This document shows positions 1 to 9,158 of a DNA stretch of 64,000 nucleotides, piece after piece. This stretch comes from an uncultured Eubacteriales bacterium. Its GTDB lineage: Bacteria; Bacillota; Clostridia; Peptostreptococcales; Anaerovoracaceae. The first letter of the stretch is position 1; each line of letters begins with the position of its first letter. Below the pieces are notes generated by a model that was given only the letters and a program-made list of their open reading frames with translations, made no database searches and had not been told where the DNA came from. The stretch covers positions 141,956-205,955 of the forward strand of contig CACYYD010000002.1 in the NCBI GenBank assembly GCA_902778585.1, in the 5' to 3' direction. Made by a program: the position numbers and the translations under genes.

Positions 1-141
1 AGGGACGACCCTGCCCAGATACATTATGTAATCCGGTACTTTTTCTCCGCGTCCGAAAATGAGGACAGGGAGTATCCTTGTTGCCAGTGTCATGAGACCC
101 ATAACAACTATGATGATAAGCGCGTGTCTGTAATCAGGCAT
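1..141 (-). CDS. azlD: AzlD-like branched-chain amino acid transport protein, N-terminal part only (runs off the window)
   Basis: The minus-strand ATG at 141 overlaps the azlC stop (ATGCCTGA). The translation MPDYRHALIIIVVMGLMTLATRILPVLIFGRGEKVPDYIMYLGRVVP is a hydrophobic AzlD-type N-terminus. azlC-azlD pairing is the usual arrangement. Confidence 0.6.
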   Translation of the reverse strand, partial: MPDYRHALIIIVVMGLMTLATRILPVLIFGRGEKVPDYIMYLGRVVP

Positions 142-841
142 CCGTATCACCTTCTTTCTGCTCTATCCTGCCCCGCATGACGGTAAGCACTGCTATTATG
201 ATGACCATTGCCGGTATTAGAAAGAGTTCTCTCCCGAAGATGAGCCGGCAGGCAAGCGTTGCGGCAACGCCCAGCACAGCCGGGATATGATTCTCTGCGC
301 TTTTCCACTGGTCGATAAATACAGTCACAAAAAGAGCAGTCATCGCAAAATCGATACCTGTTGAGTCAAAATTGAGAAGTGTACCGATCCAGCCTCCGAG
401 GAATGATCCGAGAAGCCATGAGCCCTGGTCAAACATCGTGACCAGAAGTCTGTATGCGCTGAGATCAACCCCTTCAGGTGTTTCGTTCCTGCTCAGCATG
501 GCATATGTCTCATCGCATAGCGCATAGAACAGATACCATTTCCTTCTTCCCTCGCTGCTGTAGCGGCCTATCATGGAGATGCTGAAGAATATGTGTCTGG
601 CCGCGACCATCAGTGCGGTGATGGCTGCCATTATAACGGATCCGCCGCCGAGCATTGATACACTGACAAACTGGACCGTACCGCTGAATATTATCAGTCC
701 GGAAGCCAGCGACCAGAGCGGGCCGTATCCGCTTTTCTGCATCAGCAGGCCGTATCCGATCCCCAGAACGATGAACGTCACCATTATCGGGGACGAGGTC
801 CTGAATGCAGCTTTTAAATCAGTTTTAGTAATTCGTTTCAA
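134..841 (-). CDS. azlC: AzlC family branched-chain amino acid permease subunit
   Basis: 235-aa polytopic membrane ORF (AAFRTSSPIMVTFIVLGIGYGLLM...) typical of AzlC. TTG start at 841. Followed by an overlapping azlD. Confidence 0.8.
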   Translation of the reverse strand: MKRITKTDLKAAFRTSSPIMVTFIVLGIGYGLLMQKSGYGPLWSLASGLIIFSGTVQFVSVSMLGGGSVIMAAITALMVAARHIFFSISMIGRYSSEGRRKWYLFYALCDETYAMLSRNETPEGVDLSAYRLLVTMFDQGSWLLGSFLGGWIGTLLNFDSTGIDFAMTALFVTVFIDQWKSAENHIPAVLGVAATLACRLIFGRELFLIPAMVIIIAVLTVMRGRIEQKEGDTDA

Positions 842-920
842 GTCCTTTTTTACCCTTTTACCCTTTTGCCGCTTACCTCCGTCTGTATAGTCTGCGGTAT
901 GCGTGCATCACTGCAGCCGA

Positions 921-949
921 TTGACTGCAGCAGTTATGAAGTATACAAT
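921..949 (+). promoter_or_regulatory. Putative sigma-A promoter (TTGACT-17 nt-TACAAT) for the small plus-strand ORF
   Basis: -35 TTGACT at 921-926, 17-nt spacer, -10 TACAAT at 944-949. Lies 22 nt upstream of the ATG at 972. Confidence 0.4.
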
Positions 950-971
950 TTCTTTACAGAAAGGAGCATTT

Positions 972-1232
972 ATGCCGCTTATACTGCTTGGCCTTATAGT
1001 CGTAATAGGAATCGTGCTCTACGCTCTTGTGATGTATGGCCGGAGCGGAGAGGAAGATAACCGTTCCGTAAGGGAGAGGTATCCTTTCGCGTTCCCTCAG
1101 AAAAAAGGCGCAAATTACACCGTCATCGATGATGACGATGAAGATGATGAGCGGGATGGCGGTCATACGATGCACTTTCCTGATGACGCTGAAGTCGAAA
1201 AACGCAAGCGTAATATAGATACTAGCTCTTGA
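972..1232 (+). CDS. Hypothetical small membrane protein (86 aa, one TM helix plus acidic tail)
   Basis: ATG at 972 preceded by AAAGGAGCA. MPLILLGLIVVIGIVLYALVMY is a TM segment, followed by a DDDDEDDE-rich tail. The longer ORF-track start at 903 has no RBS. Its 3' end overlaps the convergent ppk1 by 11 nt. Confidence 0.5.
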   Translation: MPLILLGLIVVIGIVLYALVMYGRSGEEDNRSVRERYPFAFPQKKGANYTVIDDDDEDDERDGGHTMHFPDDAEVEKRKRNIDTSS

Positions 1233-3198
1233 GCGCGTATGTTCCATCCTGAAGCATCACACGTCCCTTTTCCATGTCGCAATATGTTTCGTACATGATG
1301 CCGCGTATGCGGTCTTTTATTTTGCGGTCCTTTACCGGGCAGGCTATCTCTGCCCTTCGCTCAAGATTGCGTGTCATCAGGTCGGCAGACGAGATATACA
1401 TTTCTTCATCATCGCCCTCGCCAAAGATATAAACTCTGGAATGCTCGAGGAACCTTCCGACCCTGTTGACGATGCAGACATTCTCCGTGCAGCCCGGTAT
1501 ACCCGGGAGCATGCAGCATATGCCGCGGACTATCATGCGGACCAGGCAGCCTGCGCAAGAAGCTTCCATAAGAGCTTCTATCATGTCCTCATCAGTGAGC
1601 GAATTGACCTTTATGAATATGCGTCCGTCCTGTCCCTTCGAAGACTCACGCCTTATAAGCCGCAGGATACCGCTTTTGAGACCCGATGGAGCTGCAAGAA
1701 GCGGCAAATAATCAGCATCCTTGCTGATCCTGTCCTTACAGATATCCCTGAAAAACCTCGATGCAGCTTTTCCGATCTCTCTGTCGGCAGTTATGAGGGA
1801 CAGGTCGGTGTAGATCTTTGATGTTTTCTCGTTATAGTTTCCTGTCGAGATCTGCGTTATATACTGCTTTCCGTGATCCTTGCCTTCATCGATAATGATC
1901 TGACACATCTTTGAGTGGACCTTGTACTTTTCGGTCCCGAAGTACACCTTGCATCCGGCGGCAGAGAGTTTATCTGCCCAGGCAAGATTCCTTTCCTCGT
2001 CGAATCTGGCACGCAGTTCAAGCACTACTTTTACCTTTTTTCCTGTCCTTGCCGCGTAGATAAGATAGTCCGCTATCCTCGGATTCGCTGCAAGGCGGTA
2101 GATCGTGATCCTTATCTCACGTACCTTGGCAGAGAACGAAGATTCTCTCAGTAAACCGAGAAACAGATCCATGGAATCGTCGGGATACGACGAAAGAAGA
2201 TCTCTGCGCATTACCGCATCCATTATGCTTCCGCTTATAAGTGCAGCCTGATTTCTCTGCACGAGCGGATCATAAGTCAGCTGTTTTCTGAGTTCAGGAG
2301 GCAACTTGCTTTCAAGCTCATCGACGTATCTGAAATCTATACGGGATGTGGTGAACATCTGCCTCTCATCGAGATCAAGGCTCCTGGCCAGAAAATCCCT
2401 CATTTTAAGAGACAGCCTGCTGTCAGATATGAGTTTGTCAGCCGGAGTCTGTTTGCGGCGCCTTAATAGGTCACGCATCTCCCGCGCGGTATTGGCATTG
2501 TCCGTATCTCCCGCGGCTTCCGAGTTTCTTGCAATATCCACTTCGTATATTTCAAGAGGCAGAAAAGGCACAAACAGTGTATCGGCAAACATGCGGATTA
2601 TGTCTTCGGTCAGCACATATCTGAAAGGTTCATCCTGCAGAACAAACAGCGAAGGGATTTCTGCCGAAAAATCTATAAAGCCAAACTTGTCTTCAAGTTC
2701 GGCATCCAGAAGAGTCAGGATATACGGTCTTTCCTCATCCATAGCCGGCAGCGGATCGGATATATCGAGTATCTTTACCCTGATAGCATCCTTTACGTAT
2801 CCCCTGAAGAAGTCAAAGCACCTTCCCCTGCCTTCTTCGTCAAGCTGCCAGGGCTCAAGTCTGCTGACCCCGGCTTCGTCCAGTTTTTTTTCGACTATGC
2901 CGTATGCCATATCCTTTTTGATCAGAAGCCCCGGTATAAGATCATGTATACGCCTGAGCTGCTCTGCGGCAGTCATCCCCGACTTTTCGTCGATCGCGTC
3001 ATCGCCCTCGCTGTCTTCTCCAAGAAGGCTTCCTACCCTCACTTTGAAGAATTCCTCAAGATTGGAGACGAATATCGCAATAAAACGCAGACGTTCGAAA
3101 AGAGGCACTGTTTCATCCAGTGCCTCTTCAAGAATCCGCTCATTATATCTGAGCCATGATATTTCTCTGTTCTGTGTAAAGCCTTCCTCGTAGAGCAT
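1222..3198 (-). CDS. ppk1: Polyphosphate kinase 1
   Basis: 658-aa ORF with the PPK1 N-terminus (NREISWLRYNERILEEALDETVPLFERLRFIAIFVSNLEEFFKVRV) and C-terminal PLD-like domains. Its ATG overlaps the pnp stop (TAATG). Confidence 0.9.
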   Translation of the reverse strand: MLYEEGFTQNREISWLRYNERILEEALDETVPLFERLRFIAIFVSNLEEFFKVRVGSLLGEDSEGDDAIDEKSGMTAAEQLRRIHDLIPGLLIKKDMAYGIVEKKLDEAGVSRLEPWQLDEEGRGRCFDFFRGYVKDAIRVKILDISDPLPAMDEERPYILTLLDAELEDKFGFIDFSAEIPSLFVLQDEPFRYVLTEDIIRMFADTLFVPFLPLEIYEVDIARNSEAAGDTDNANTAREMRDLLRRRKQTPADKLISDSRLSLKMRDFLARSLDLDERQMFTTSRIDFRYVDELESKLPPELRKQLTYDPLVQRNQAALISGSIMDAVMRRDLLSSYPDDSMDLFLGLLRESSFSAKVREIRITIYRLAANPRIADYLIYAARTGKKVKVVLELRARFDEERNLAWADKLSAAGCKVYFGTEKYKVHSKMCQIIIDEGKDHGKQYITQISTGNYNEKTSKIYTDLSLITADREIGKAASRFFRDICKDRISKDADYLPLLAAPSGLKSGILRLIRRESSKGQDGRIFIKVNSLTDEDMIEALMEASCAGCLVRMIVRGICCMLPGIPGCTENVCIVNRVGRFLEHSRVYIFGEGDDEEMYISSADLMTRNLERRAEIACPVKDRKIKDRIRGIMYETYCDMEKGRVMLQDGTYALKS

Positions 3199-5348
3199 TA
3201 TCTTCTAGGCTTTCTGCCGTCAGACTTGCTGTCAGTGCGCTTTACGTCAGGTCTTTCGAGGTTGATGCGGTTCTGGCTGTCGATCTCAGTAACCTTTACT
3301 GTGACGACATCACCGATGTTCATTACATCCTCGACCTTTGCGACTCTGTGGTCAGCCATCTTGGAGATGTGCAGCAGACCTTCCTTGCCAGGCAGGATCT
3401 CAAGGAATGCTCCGAATGCCATGATCCTTGTGACCTTACCCTCATAGACCTCGCCTACCTCAACGTCCTTTGTGATAAGCTCGATCTCGTGCTTAGCCTT
3501 TTCAGCGCTTTCCTGATCAACTGCATAGATTGCAATGAATCCGACATCATCATCCGAGATATCGATCTTTGCGCCTGTCTCCTCAACGATCCTGTTGACA
3601 GTCTTTCCTCCCGGTCCGATGACCAGTCTGATCTTGTCAGGGTCAACTCTCATGCTGATGAATCTAGGAGCGTACGGGCTCATCTCTTCTCTAGGTGCAG
3701 GGATCTCTTCGAGCATGTTCTCAAGGATCTTTGCTCTTCCGATCTTAGCCTGGTCGAGAGCCTGCTTGAGGATCTCTCTGTTGAGACCGTGGACCTTGAT
3801 GTCCATCTGGAGAGCTGTAACGCCGTCAGGAGTACCTGTTACCTTGAAGTCCATGTCGCCAAGGAAGTCTTCCATACCCTGGATATCGGAGAGGATAGCG
3901 AACTTGCTTGATCCGTCCTCATTGAATCCCTCGATGAGTCCCATAGCGATTCCGGATACCGGCTTCTTGATAGGAACACCGGCGTCCATCAGAGCGAGTG
4001 TGGATCCGCATGTCGAAGCCATCGACGAAGATCCGTTCGAGGACATGACCTCGGAGACGACTCTGATAGCGTAAGGGAATTCCTCTTCGCTAGGAAGTAC
4101 AGGCAGAAGTGCTCTTTCAGCAAGGGCACCGTGGCCGATCTCTCTTCTTCCAGGTGATCTGCTAGGCTTTGCCTCTCCTGTGCAGTAACCAGGGAAGTTG
4201 TACTGATGCATGTATCTCTTTCTTGTCACGTCGTCATCGATGCCGTCGAGGTACTGAGCCTCTGAAAGCGGTGCGAGCGTGCAGACTGAGAGGACCTGAG
4301 TCTGGCCTCTCTTGAAGAGTCCCGATCCGTGTGTTCTTGGAAGATATCCCGTCTCGCTCCAGAGAGGTCTGATCTCGTCAGGCTTTCTGTTGTCAGGACG
4401 TACGCCCTCTTCGAGGATGCGGCGTCTTACTTCTTCCTTCTTTACGTTGTACAGTACCTCGTCGACCTCAGCCATTCTGTCTTCGAACTCTTCTGCGAAG
4501 TGTTCCTTTGTGTCGACAGCGACAGCGTCCATGTTGGCGAGTCTTTCCTGCTTGTCGAATGTGTAGATGGCGTCTACCATCTTCTGTGTAGCATATTCTC
4601 TGACAGCTGCGTCTACATCTTCGCCTGCCTTGAATACTACGTAATCCTGCTTTTCCTTACCAACTTCTGCAACGATCTCTTTGATGAATCTGCAGATGTT
4701 TTTGATCTCCTCATGACCTGTGAGGATGGCTTCAAGCATCTGGTCTTCAGGAAGTTCCTTTGCTCCTGCTTCGACCATCATGATAGCCTCTTCAGTACCG
4801 CAGACTGTGAGGTTGAGGTCAGATACCTGTCTCTGCTCGAATGTAGGGTTGATAACGAAATCTCCGTCGACTCTGCCGACTACTACGCCTGCAGTAGGGC
4901 CGTCCCACGGAATGTCAGAGATAGCGATGGCACATGAGGTACCGATAAGGGAAGCTACCTCAGGTGAGCAGTCGTGATCAACCGAAAGAGCTGTAGCTGT
5001 AACAACTACGTCATTTCTGTAGCCCTTTGGGAAGAGCGGTCTGAGCGGTCTGTCGATGAGTCTCGATGTAAGAGTCGCCTTGTCGCTCGGACGTCCTTCT
5101 CTCTTGATGTATCCGCCCGGGATCTTTCCTACTGCGTAGAGCTTCTCCTCAAAGTTGCATGTCAGAGGGAAGAAATCCACGTCCTGCTTAGGCTCCTTGC
5201 TTGCGCAGACTGTGCAGCTGACGACTGTGTCTCCGTACCTTACTGTCGCCTGGCCGTTTGCCTGCTCTGCGAGCTTTCCGATCTCGATCTCGAGCAGTCT
5301 GCCGCCGAGAGCCGTTCTGAATGTTCTGTAATCTTCAAATCTACCCAT
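3198..5348 (-). CDS. pnp: Polyribonucleotide nucleotidyltransferase (PNPase)
   Basis: Two RNase PH domains, then KH and S1 domains ([20 protein letters not shown]; [32 protein letters not shown]). I prefer ATG at 5348 ([10 protein letters not shown]...) over the TTG at 5360, which directly abuts the AGGAG. Confidence 0.95.
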   Translation of the reverse strand: MGRFEDYRTFRTALGGRLLEIEIGKLAEQANGQATVRYGDTVVSCTVCASKEPKQDVDFFPLTCNFEEKLYAVGKIPGGYIKREGRPSDKATLTSRLIDRPLRPLFPKGYRNDVVVTATALSVDHDCSPEVASLIGTSCAIAISDIPWDGPTAGVVVGRVDGDFVINPTFEQRQVSDLNLTVCGTEEAIMMVEAGAKELPEDQMLEAILTGHEEIKNICRFIKEIVAEVGKEKQDYVVFKAGEDVDAAVREYATQKMVDAIYTFDKQERLANMDAVAVDTKEHFAEEFEDRMAEVDEVLYNVKKEEVRRRILEEGVRPDNRKPDEIRPLWSETGYLPRTHGSGLFKRGQTQVLSVCTLAPLSEAQYLDGIDDDVTRKRYMHQYNFPGYCTGEAKPSRSPGRREIGHGALAERALLPVLPSEEEFPYAIRVVSEVMSSNGSSSMASTCGSTLALMDAGVPIKKPVSGIAMGLIEGFNEDGSSKFAILSDIQGMEDFLGDMDFKVTGTPDGVTALQMDIKVHGLNREILKQALDQAKIGRAKILENMLEEIPAPREEMSPYAPRFISMRVDPDKIRLVIGPGGKTVNRIVEETGAKIDISDDDVGFIAIYAVDQESAEKAKHEIELITKDVEVGEVYEGKVTRIMAFGAFLEILPGKEGLLHISKMADHRVAKVEDVMNIGDVVTVKVTEIDSQNRINLERPDVKRTDSKSDGRKPRR

Positions 5349-5427
5349 GTTTATTAACAACTCCTTCCTGTTAATTTACTTCTTCGTATGGGTGGTGCTA
5401 ACTTGCGGGGAATTCCGTATCCCCGAG

Positions 5428-5460
5428 ATACAAGCAAAGCGGGAGGCGTGCTCCCGCTTC
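5428..5460 (-). terminator. Stem-loop downstream of rpsO (partial terminator / pnp leader hairpin)
   Basis: Minus strand AGCGGGAG-cacgc-CTCCCGCT followed by TTGCTTGT. A second hairpin CGGGGA...TCCCCG lies at 5406-5425, before the pnp RBS. Confidence 0.5.
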
Positions 5461-5474
5461 ATTTAGTGATGAAA

Positions 5475-5741
5475 CTATTTTCTCAGTCCGAGACGGGCTA
5501 CGAGGCTTCTGTATCTCTCGATGTCTGTTTCTCTGAGGTACTTGAGAAGGTTTCTTCTCTGACCTACCATCTTCAGCAGACCTCTTCTCGAGTGATGGTC
5601 CTTATGGTGCTCCTTGAGGTGCTCGTTAAGATCGTTGATCCTGTAAGTGAGGATAGCAACCTGGACCTCAGGGGAACCTGTATCGCCTTCTGCTGTAGCG
5701 TACTCTCTGATGATTTCCTGTTTCTTCTCTTTTGTAAGCAT
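5475..5741 (-). CDS. rpsO: 30S ribosomal protein S15
   Basis: 88 aa, with [51 protein letters not shown]. Strong RBS AAAAGGAG. Confidence 0.95.
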   Translation of the reverse strand: MLTKEKKQEIIREYATAEGDTGSPEVQVAILTYRINDLNEHLKEHHKDHHSRRGLLKMVGQRRNLLKYLRETDIERYRSLVARLGLRK

Positions 5742-5860
5742 AAAAATAAACTCCTTTTCTTACGTTCGCCCGCTCTGCGTAGCCGTCGGAGACACGAACC
5801 ACTGCGGCGCGGGTATATTGGATAGATGCGGCACAAGTACCGCTGTGTATATGTGAAGCA
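5742..5860 (-). promoter_or_regulatory. Structured rpsO 5' leader (possible S15 autoregulatory element)
   Basis: 166-nt gap between ribF and rpsO. It contains a possible promoter (TTGCAG-17-TATACA) and GC-rich helices (GCGG...CCGC; CCCGC...GCGGG) just upstream of the RBS. Class not verified. Confidence 0.3.
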
Positions 5861-5907
5861 GTCTCAGACTGCAACGCACGTATATTAACATGAAAGACAG
5901 ATGTTGT

Positions 5908-6855
5908 CTATATTTTTTTTCGATACTCCACGGCGTTTTCACAATCCCTTGCGATCTGCGCGAAAAGCTCTTCTTTATCCCTGAATTTGCGCTCTCCGCG
6001 GGAGAAGTGATCGAAGCAGACGACGACATCTTTGCCGTATACATCGTCATCAAAATCAAAGATGTTAGTCTCTATCGTCTTTACCGAACTGTCGCTGTTG
6101 ACGGTAGGATTGATCCCCAGATTTGATACGCTGTCGTACACCCTTCCGTCGATCTTTATGCGGCTGAAGTAAACTCCGTTCGGAGGCAGCATCTGCCTTT
6201 TTGATGCCGGGATGTTTATCGTAGGGATGCCCATGCTGGTGCCGAGCCTTTTGCCGTGGCTTACGGTCCCGGAGAACGAATACGGCCTTCCGAGCAGTCT
6301 TGCGGTCATCTCCATATTGCCCGTGCTTATCATCTCACGGATGAGCGTCGAACTCACGACATGGCCGTCCAGCATCACAGCATCTCTGATGCTCACGCCT
6401 ATGCCTGCATTGTCGCATTCTTCCTTCAGCATAGCAGGCTTGCCTTCAGCTCTTGCTCCATAAGTGTAATTGAAGCCGACAGAGACGAATCCTGCATTCA
6501 GCTTGCTTACAACGATGCCCTCAAAGAAGTCATGCGCGCGCATCTTCATTACTGTCTCATCGAAAGGCACATTAACGAGGATGTCGAATCCCATCTCTTC
6601 TATGAGCTCTTTCTTCTCCTCTTCCGTGCAGATCAGTTTTACAGCGTCAGGATCGCTGTCTTCGCGCTGCAGTATGAAGTTGAACGGATGATTCGAGAAG
6701 GTAAAGCAGAGAGACCTGAGCCCCTGCGCTTTAGCAGCGTCAAGAGCCGACTGCATTATCTCGCGGTGTCCGATATGGATACCGTCGAAGTTGCCGAGCG
6801 CTACTGCGGTCTTTTCTTCTATTCTCAGATTTTCTAAACTGCTGATTATTTTCAT
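5908..6855 (-). CDS. ribF: Bifunctional riboflavin kinase / FMN adenylyltransferase
   Basis: 315 aa. N-terminal FAD synthetase motif (ALGNFDGIHIGHREI) and a C-terminal riboflavin kinase domain (GIPTINI...GINPT). Confidence 0.9.
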   Translation of the reverse strand: MKIISSLENLRIEEKTAVALGNFDGIHIGHREIMQSALDAAKAQGLRSLCFTFSNHPFNFILQREDSDPDAVKLICTEEEKKELIEEMGFDILVNVPFDETVMKMRAHDFFEGIVVSKLNAGFVSVGFNYTYGARAEGKPAMLKEECDNAGIGVSIRDAVMLDGHVVSSTLIREMISTGNMEMTARLLGRPYSFSGTVSHGKRLGTSMGIPTINIPASKRQMLPPNGVYFSRIKIDGRVYDSVSNLGINPTVNSDSSVKTIETNIFDFDDDVYGKDVVVCFDHFSRGERKFRDKEELFAQIARDCENAVEYRKKI

Positions 6856-6859
6856 TCTT

Positions 6860-7786
6860 CTATCTGATCACCTTTGCCGGAACCAGTGAGCCGTTTTCAA
6901 GCGTTGCCGTGCCGAGAAAATCGCTGTATCCGCGGCGGTCTGCGTTCTGGGCGTAAACACGGTAGGTGTTTTTGAACCCGGACTCCTGCATGACCCTGAA
7001 ATTTCCCGGCCATGAACTGTTCCCGTTTAAGAAGGTGGTAACTCTGTTATTGTTAAGCACGATCATTCCCAGCTTTGTAAGCGTTATATCTGCCGGAATG
7101 ACCAGTTTATCTGCCCTGTCCTCTTCTGCTGCCGCAATGACTTCCTCTATGGTGTGTGAGTCTTCTATTTTAAAGAAGCCTGTTGCTGTCCTGGTTAGAG
7201 ATGTCATGGCAGCTCCGCATCCGAGCGCGCGGCCGATGTCGTCGCATATGGTGCGGATATAGGTGCCTTTGGAGCATGTGACATCGAATTCCACGATGCC
7301 GCGTTCAAGGTCAAGAAAGCTTATCTCATTTCTGCTTATATCGACGTAACGTTTTTTGAGTTCGAAGTCTTTGCCTTCCCTTGCCAGATCATATGCGCGC
7401 CTGCCGTCCACCTTCAGAGCTGAATACTTTGGAGGTACCTGGCCTACATGGCCCGTATACGCTTTAAATGCCTCTCTGACAGCTGTTTCGCTGACATTCG
7501 AGTGATCATGCGTTTTGAGGACTTCGCCCGTGATATCGAGAGTATCGGTCTCTATGCCGAGCTGCATCGCTGCATGATAGGACTTCATATCAGCATCATA
7601 GTATTCGATGATGCGGGTCGCTTTTCCCGTGCAGACAGGCAAAACGCCCGTAGCCATTGGGTCGAGCGTTCCTGTGTGTCCTATTTTCTTTATTTTCAGT
7701 ACATGCCTCAGCTTTGAACATACATCCTGTGATGTCCATCCTTCGGGCTTGTTGATGTTTATGATACCGTCGGTCATATCCTTCAC
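6860..7786 (-). CDS. truB: tRNA pseudouridine(55) synthase
   Basis: [16 protein letters not shown]...[15 protein letters not shown] catalytic Asp motif. GTG start overlaps the upstream stop (GTGA). An alternative ATG lies at 7777. Confidence 0.9.
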   Translation of the reverse strand: MKDMTDGIININKPEGWTSQDVCSKLRHVLKIKKIGHTGTLDPMATGVLPVCTGKATRIIEYYDADMKSYHAAMQLGIETDTLDITGEVLKTHDHSNVSETAVREAFKAYTGHVGQVPPKYSALKVDGRRAYDLAREGKDFELKKRYVDISRNEISFLDLERGIVEFDVTCSKGTYIRTICDDIGRALGCGAAMTSLTRTATGFFKIEDSHTIEEVIAAAEEDRADKLVIPADITLTKLGMIVLNNNRVTTFLNGNSSWPGNFRVMQESGFKNTYRVYAQNADRRGYSDFLGTATLENGSLVPAKVIR

Positions 7787-8769
7787 TTATTCTCCGGCGA
7801 CGATACAGTTTCTATAAGGACCGGTATGAGAGCTTTTTCAGCCTGCTCGAGATCCATGTCCGTGAATGTGCAGCCTGCCGCAAGTACATGGCCTCCGCCG
7901 CCGAATACGGACGCGGCCTTTGCCATGTTTGCGTAGGTCCTTCCCCTGAGGCTTGCTCTTACATTCTGTTCTGTCTCCTTGAACAGGCAGCCGCCTTCGA
8001 CGCCTTCGATGCTCATTATCTTCTGGATTATGCCGTCTGCCTCATCCATGGTGCATCCGTTCTCTTTAAGAAGTTTCTGCGTGACCTTGCCTACAGCGAG
8101 CTTTCCGCCTGCGTAAAAATCAAGGCCGGCGATCACTTCGCTTTCGAGCTTTATGGCCTCCTTCGACCTTCTGTCATAGATGAGAGCCGATATCACCTTT
8201 GAATTGAAGCCTTCGATCTTATAAAGGTGTCCTGCGATCTCATGCGAGCGGCTTGTCGTGTTGCTGTGCTGGAAGTTGCCCGTATCAGTTGTGATCGCCG
8301 CGAAGATGCAGTTGGCGATGTCGAGAGTTATCTCAGCACCCATGGCACGGATGATATTGTAGGCGATCTCTCCGGCAGCAGCCGATTTAGGCTCTATCCT
8401 TGAGAAATCGTATCTTATCTCCTTTGCCTTTGTCGCATGATGATCGATGCATCCCTTCAGCCTGCCGCGGTTCCACGCGTTCTCACGTCCGGCTATGCGG
8501 TTCATGCCGTTGCAGTCTACCATCAGTGAAAGCTGGACATCGCTGAGCACACTGTCATCATCTGTGGTGCATCCGCATTCCAGGAAGTCCAGGTTCTTCG
8601 GAACAGGCTCGTTTATCATGACATACGCATGCTTGCCAAGCTGCCTGAGCGCAAGACAAAGCGCTGTACACGAACCAAGCGCATCCCCGTCCATATTGAT
8701 GTGCGGAAAGAGCAGGATGTTGTCGAGGTCCTTCATTATTGTTGCTATGCTTCTGATAGTATCGTTCAA
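7783..8769 (-). CDS. nrnA: DHH/DHHA1 family phosphoesterase (NrnA-like nanoRNase / pAp phosphatase)
   Basis: DHH motifs [15 protein letters not shown] and IDHH, plus DHHA1 GGGGH near the C-terminus. TTG start 7 nt after GAGGA. Confidence 0.8.
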   Translation of the reverse strand: MNDTIRSIATIMKDLDNILLFPHINMDGDALGSCTALCLALRQLGKHAYVMINEPVPKNLDFLECGCTTDDDSVLSDVQLSLMVDCNGMNRIAGRENAWNRGRLKGCIDHHATKAKEIRYDFSRIEPKSAAAGEIAYNIIRAMGAEITLDIANCIFAAITTDTGNFQHSNTTSRSHEIAGHLYKIEGFNSKVISALIYDRRSKEAIKLESEVIAGLDFYAGGKLAVGKVTQKLLKENGCTMDEADGIIQKIMSIEGVEGGCLFKETEQNVRASLRGRTYANMAKAASVFGGGGHVLAAGCTFTDMDLEQAEKALIPVLIETVSSPENK

Positions 8770-9147
8770 TTACTCGTCCTCATTGTTGTACGTAAGAGTA
8801 TCGATGATGGAATCGATGTGTCTTCCGTAATCCTGCGATGAATCCAGCTTGAAAATAAGCTCGGGAGTGTGTCTCAGTTTGATATCCCTGGAGACCTGCC
8901 CTCTTATGGCGCCCTTTGCGCGCTCAAAACCTGCCAGCACTCCGGAGTACACCATCTCCTTGTCTTCGTCTGAAAGACAGACCGGAGAAACGTATATGGT
9001 AGCGTAGCTAAGGTCGCGCGTCACTTCGACACCCGTGATGCTTATTATTCTCGATGTAAGAGCGGGATCCTTAGCGCCGTTGATCAGAAATCCGCTGATG
9101 CTCTTCTTGATCTCCTCGCTAAGGCGTCCCTGTCTGTATTTAGCCAT
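8770..9147 (-). CDS. rbfA: Ribosome-binding factor A
   Basis: 125 aa. RLSEEIKKSISGFLINGAKDP...TGVEVTRDLSYATIYVS is typical RbfA. Conserved position after infB. Confidence 0.9.
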   Translation of the reverse strand: MAKYRQGRLSEEIKKSISGFLINGAKDPALTSRIISITGVEVTRDLSYATIYVSPVCLSDEDKEMVYSGVLAGFERAKGAIRGQVSRDIKLRHTPELIFKLDSSQDYGRHIDSIIDTLTYNNEDE

Positions 9148-9158
9148 TTGCTTTTCCT

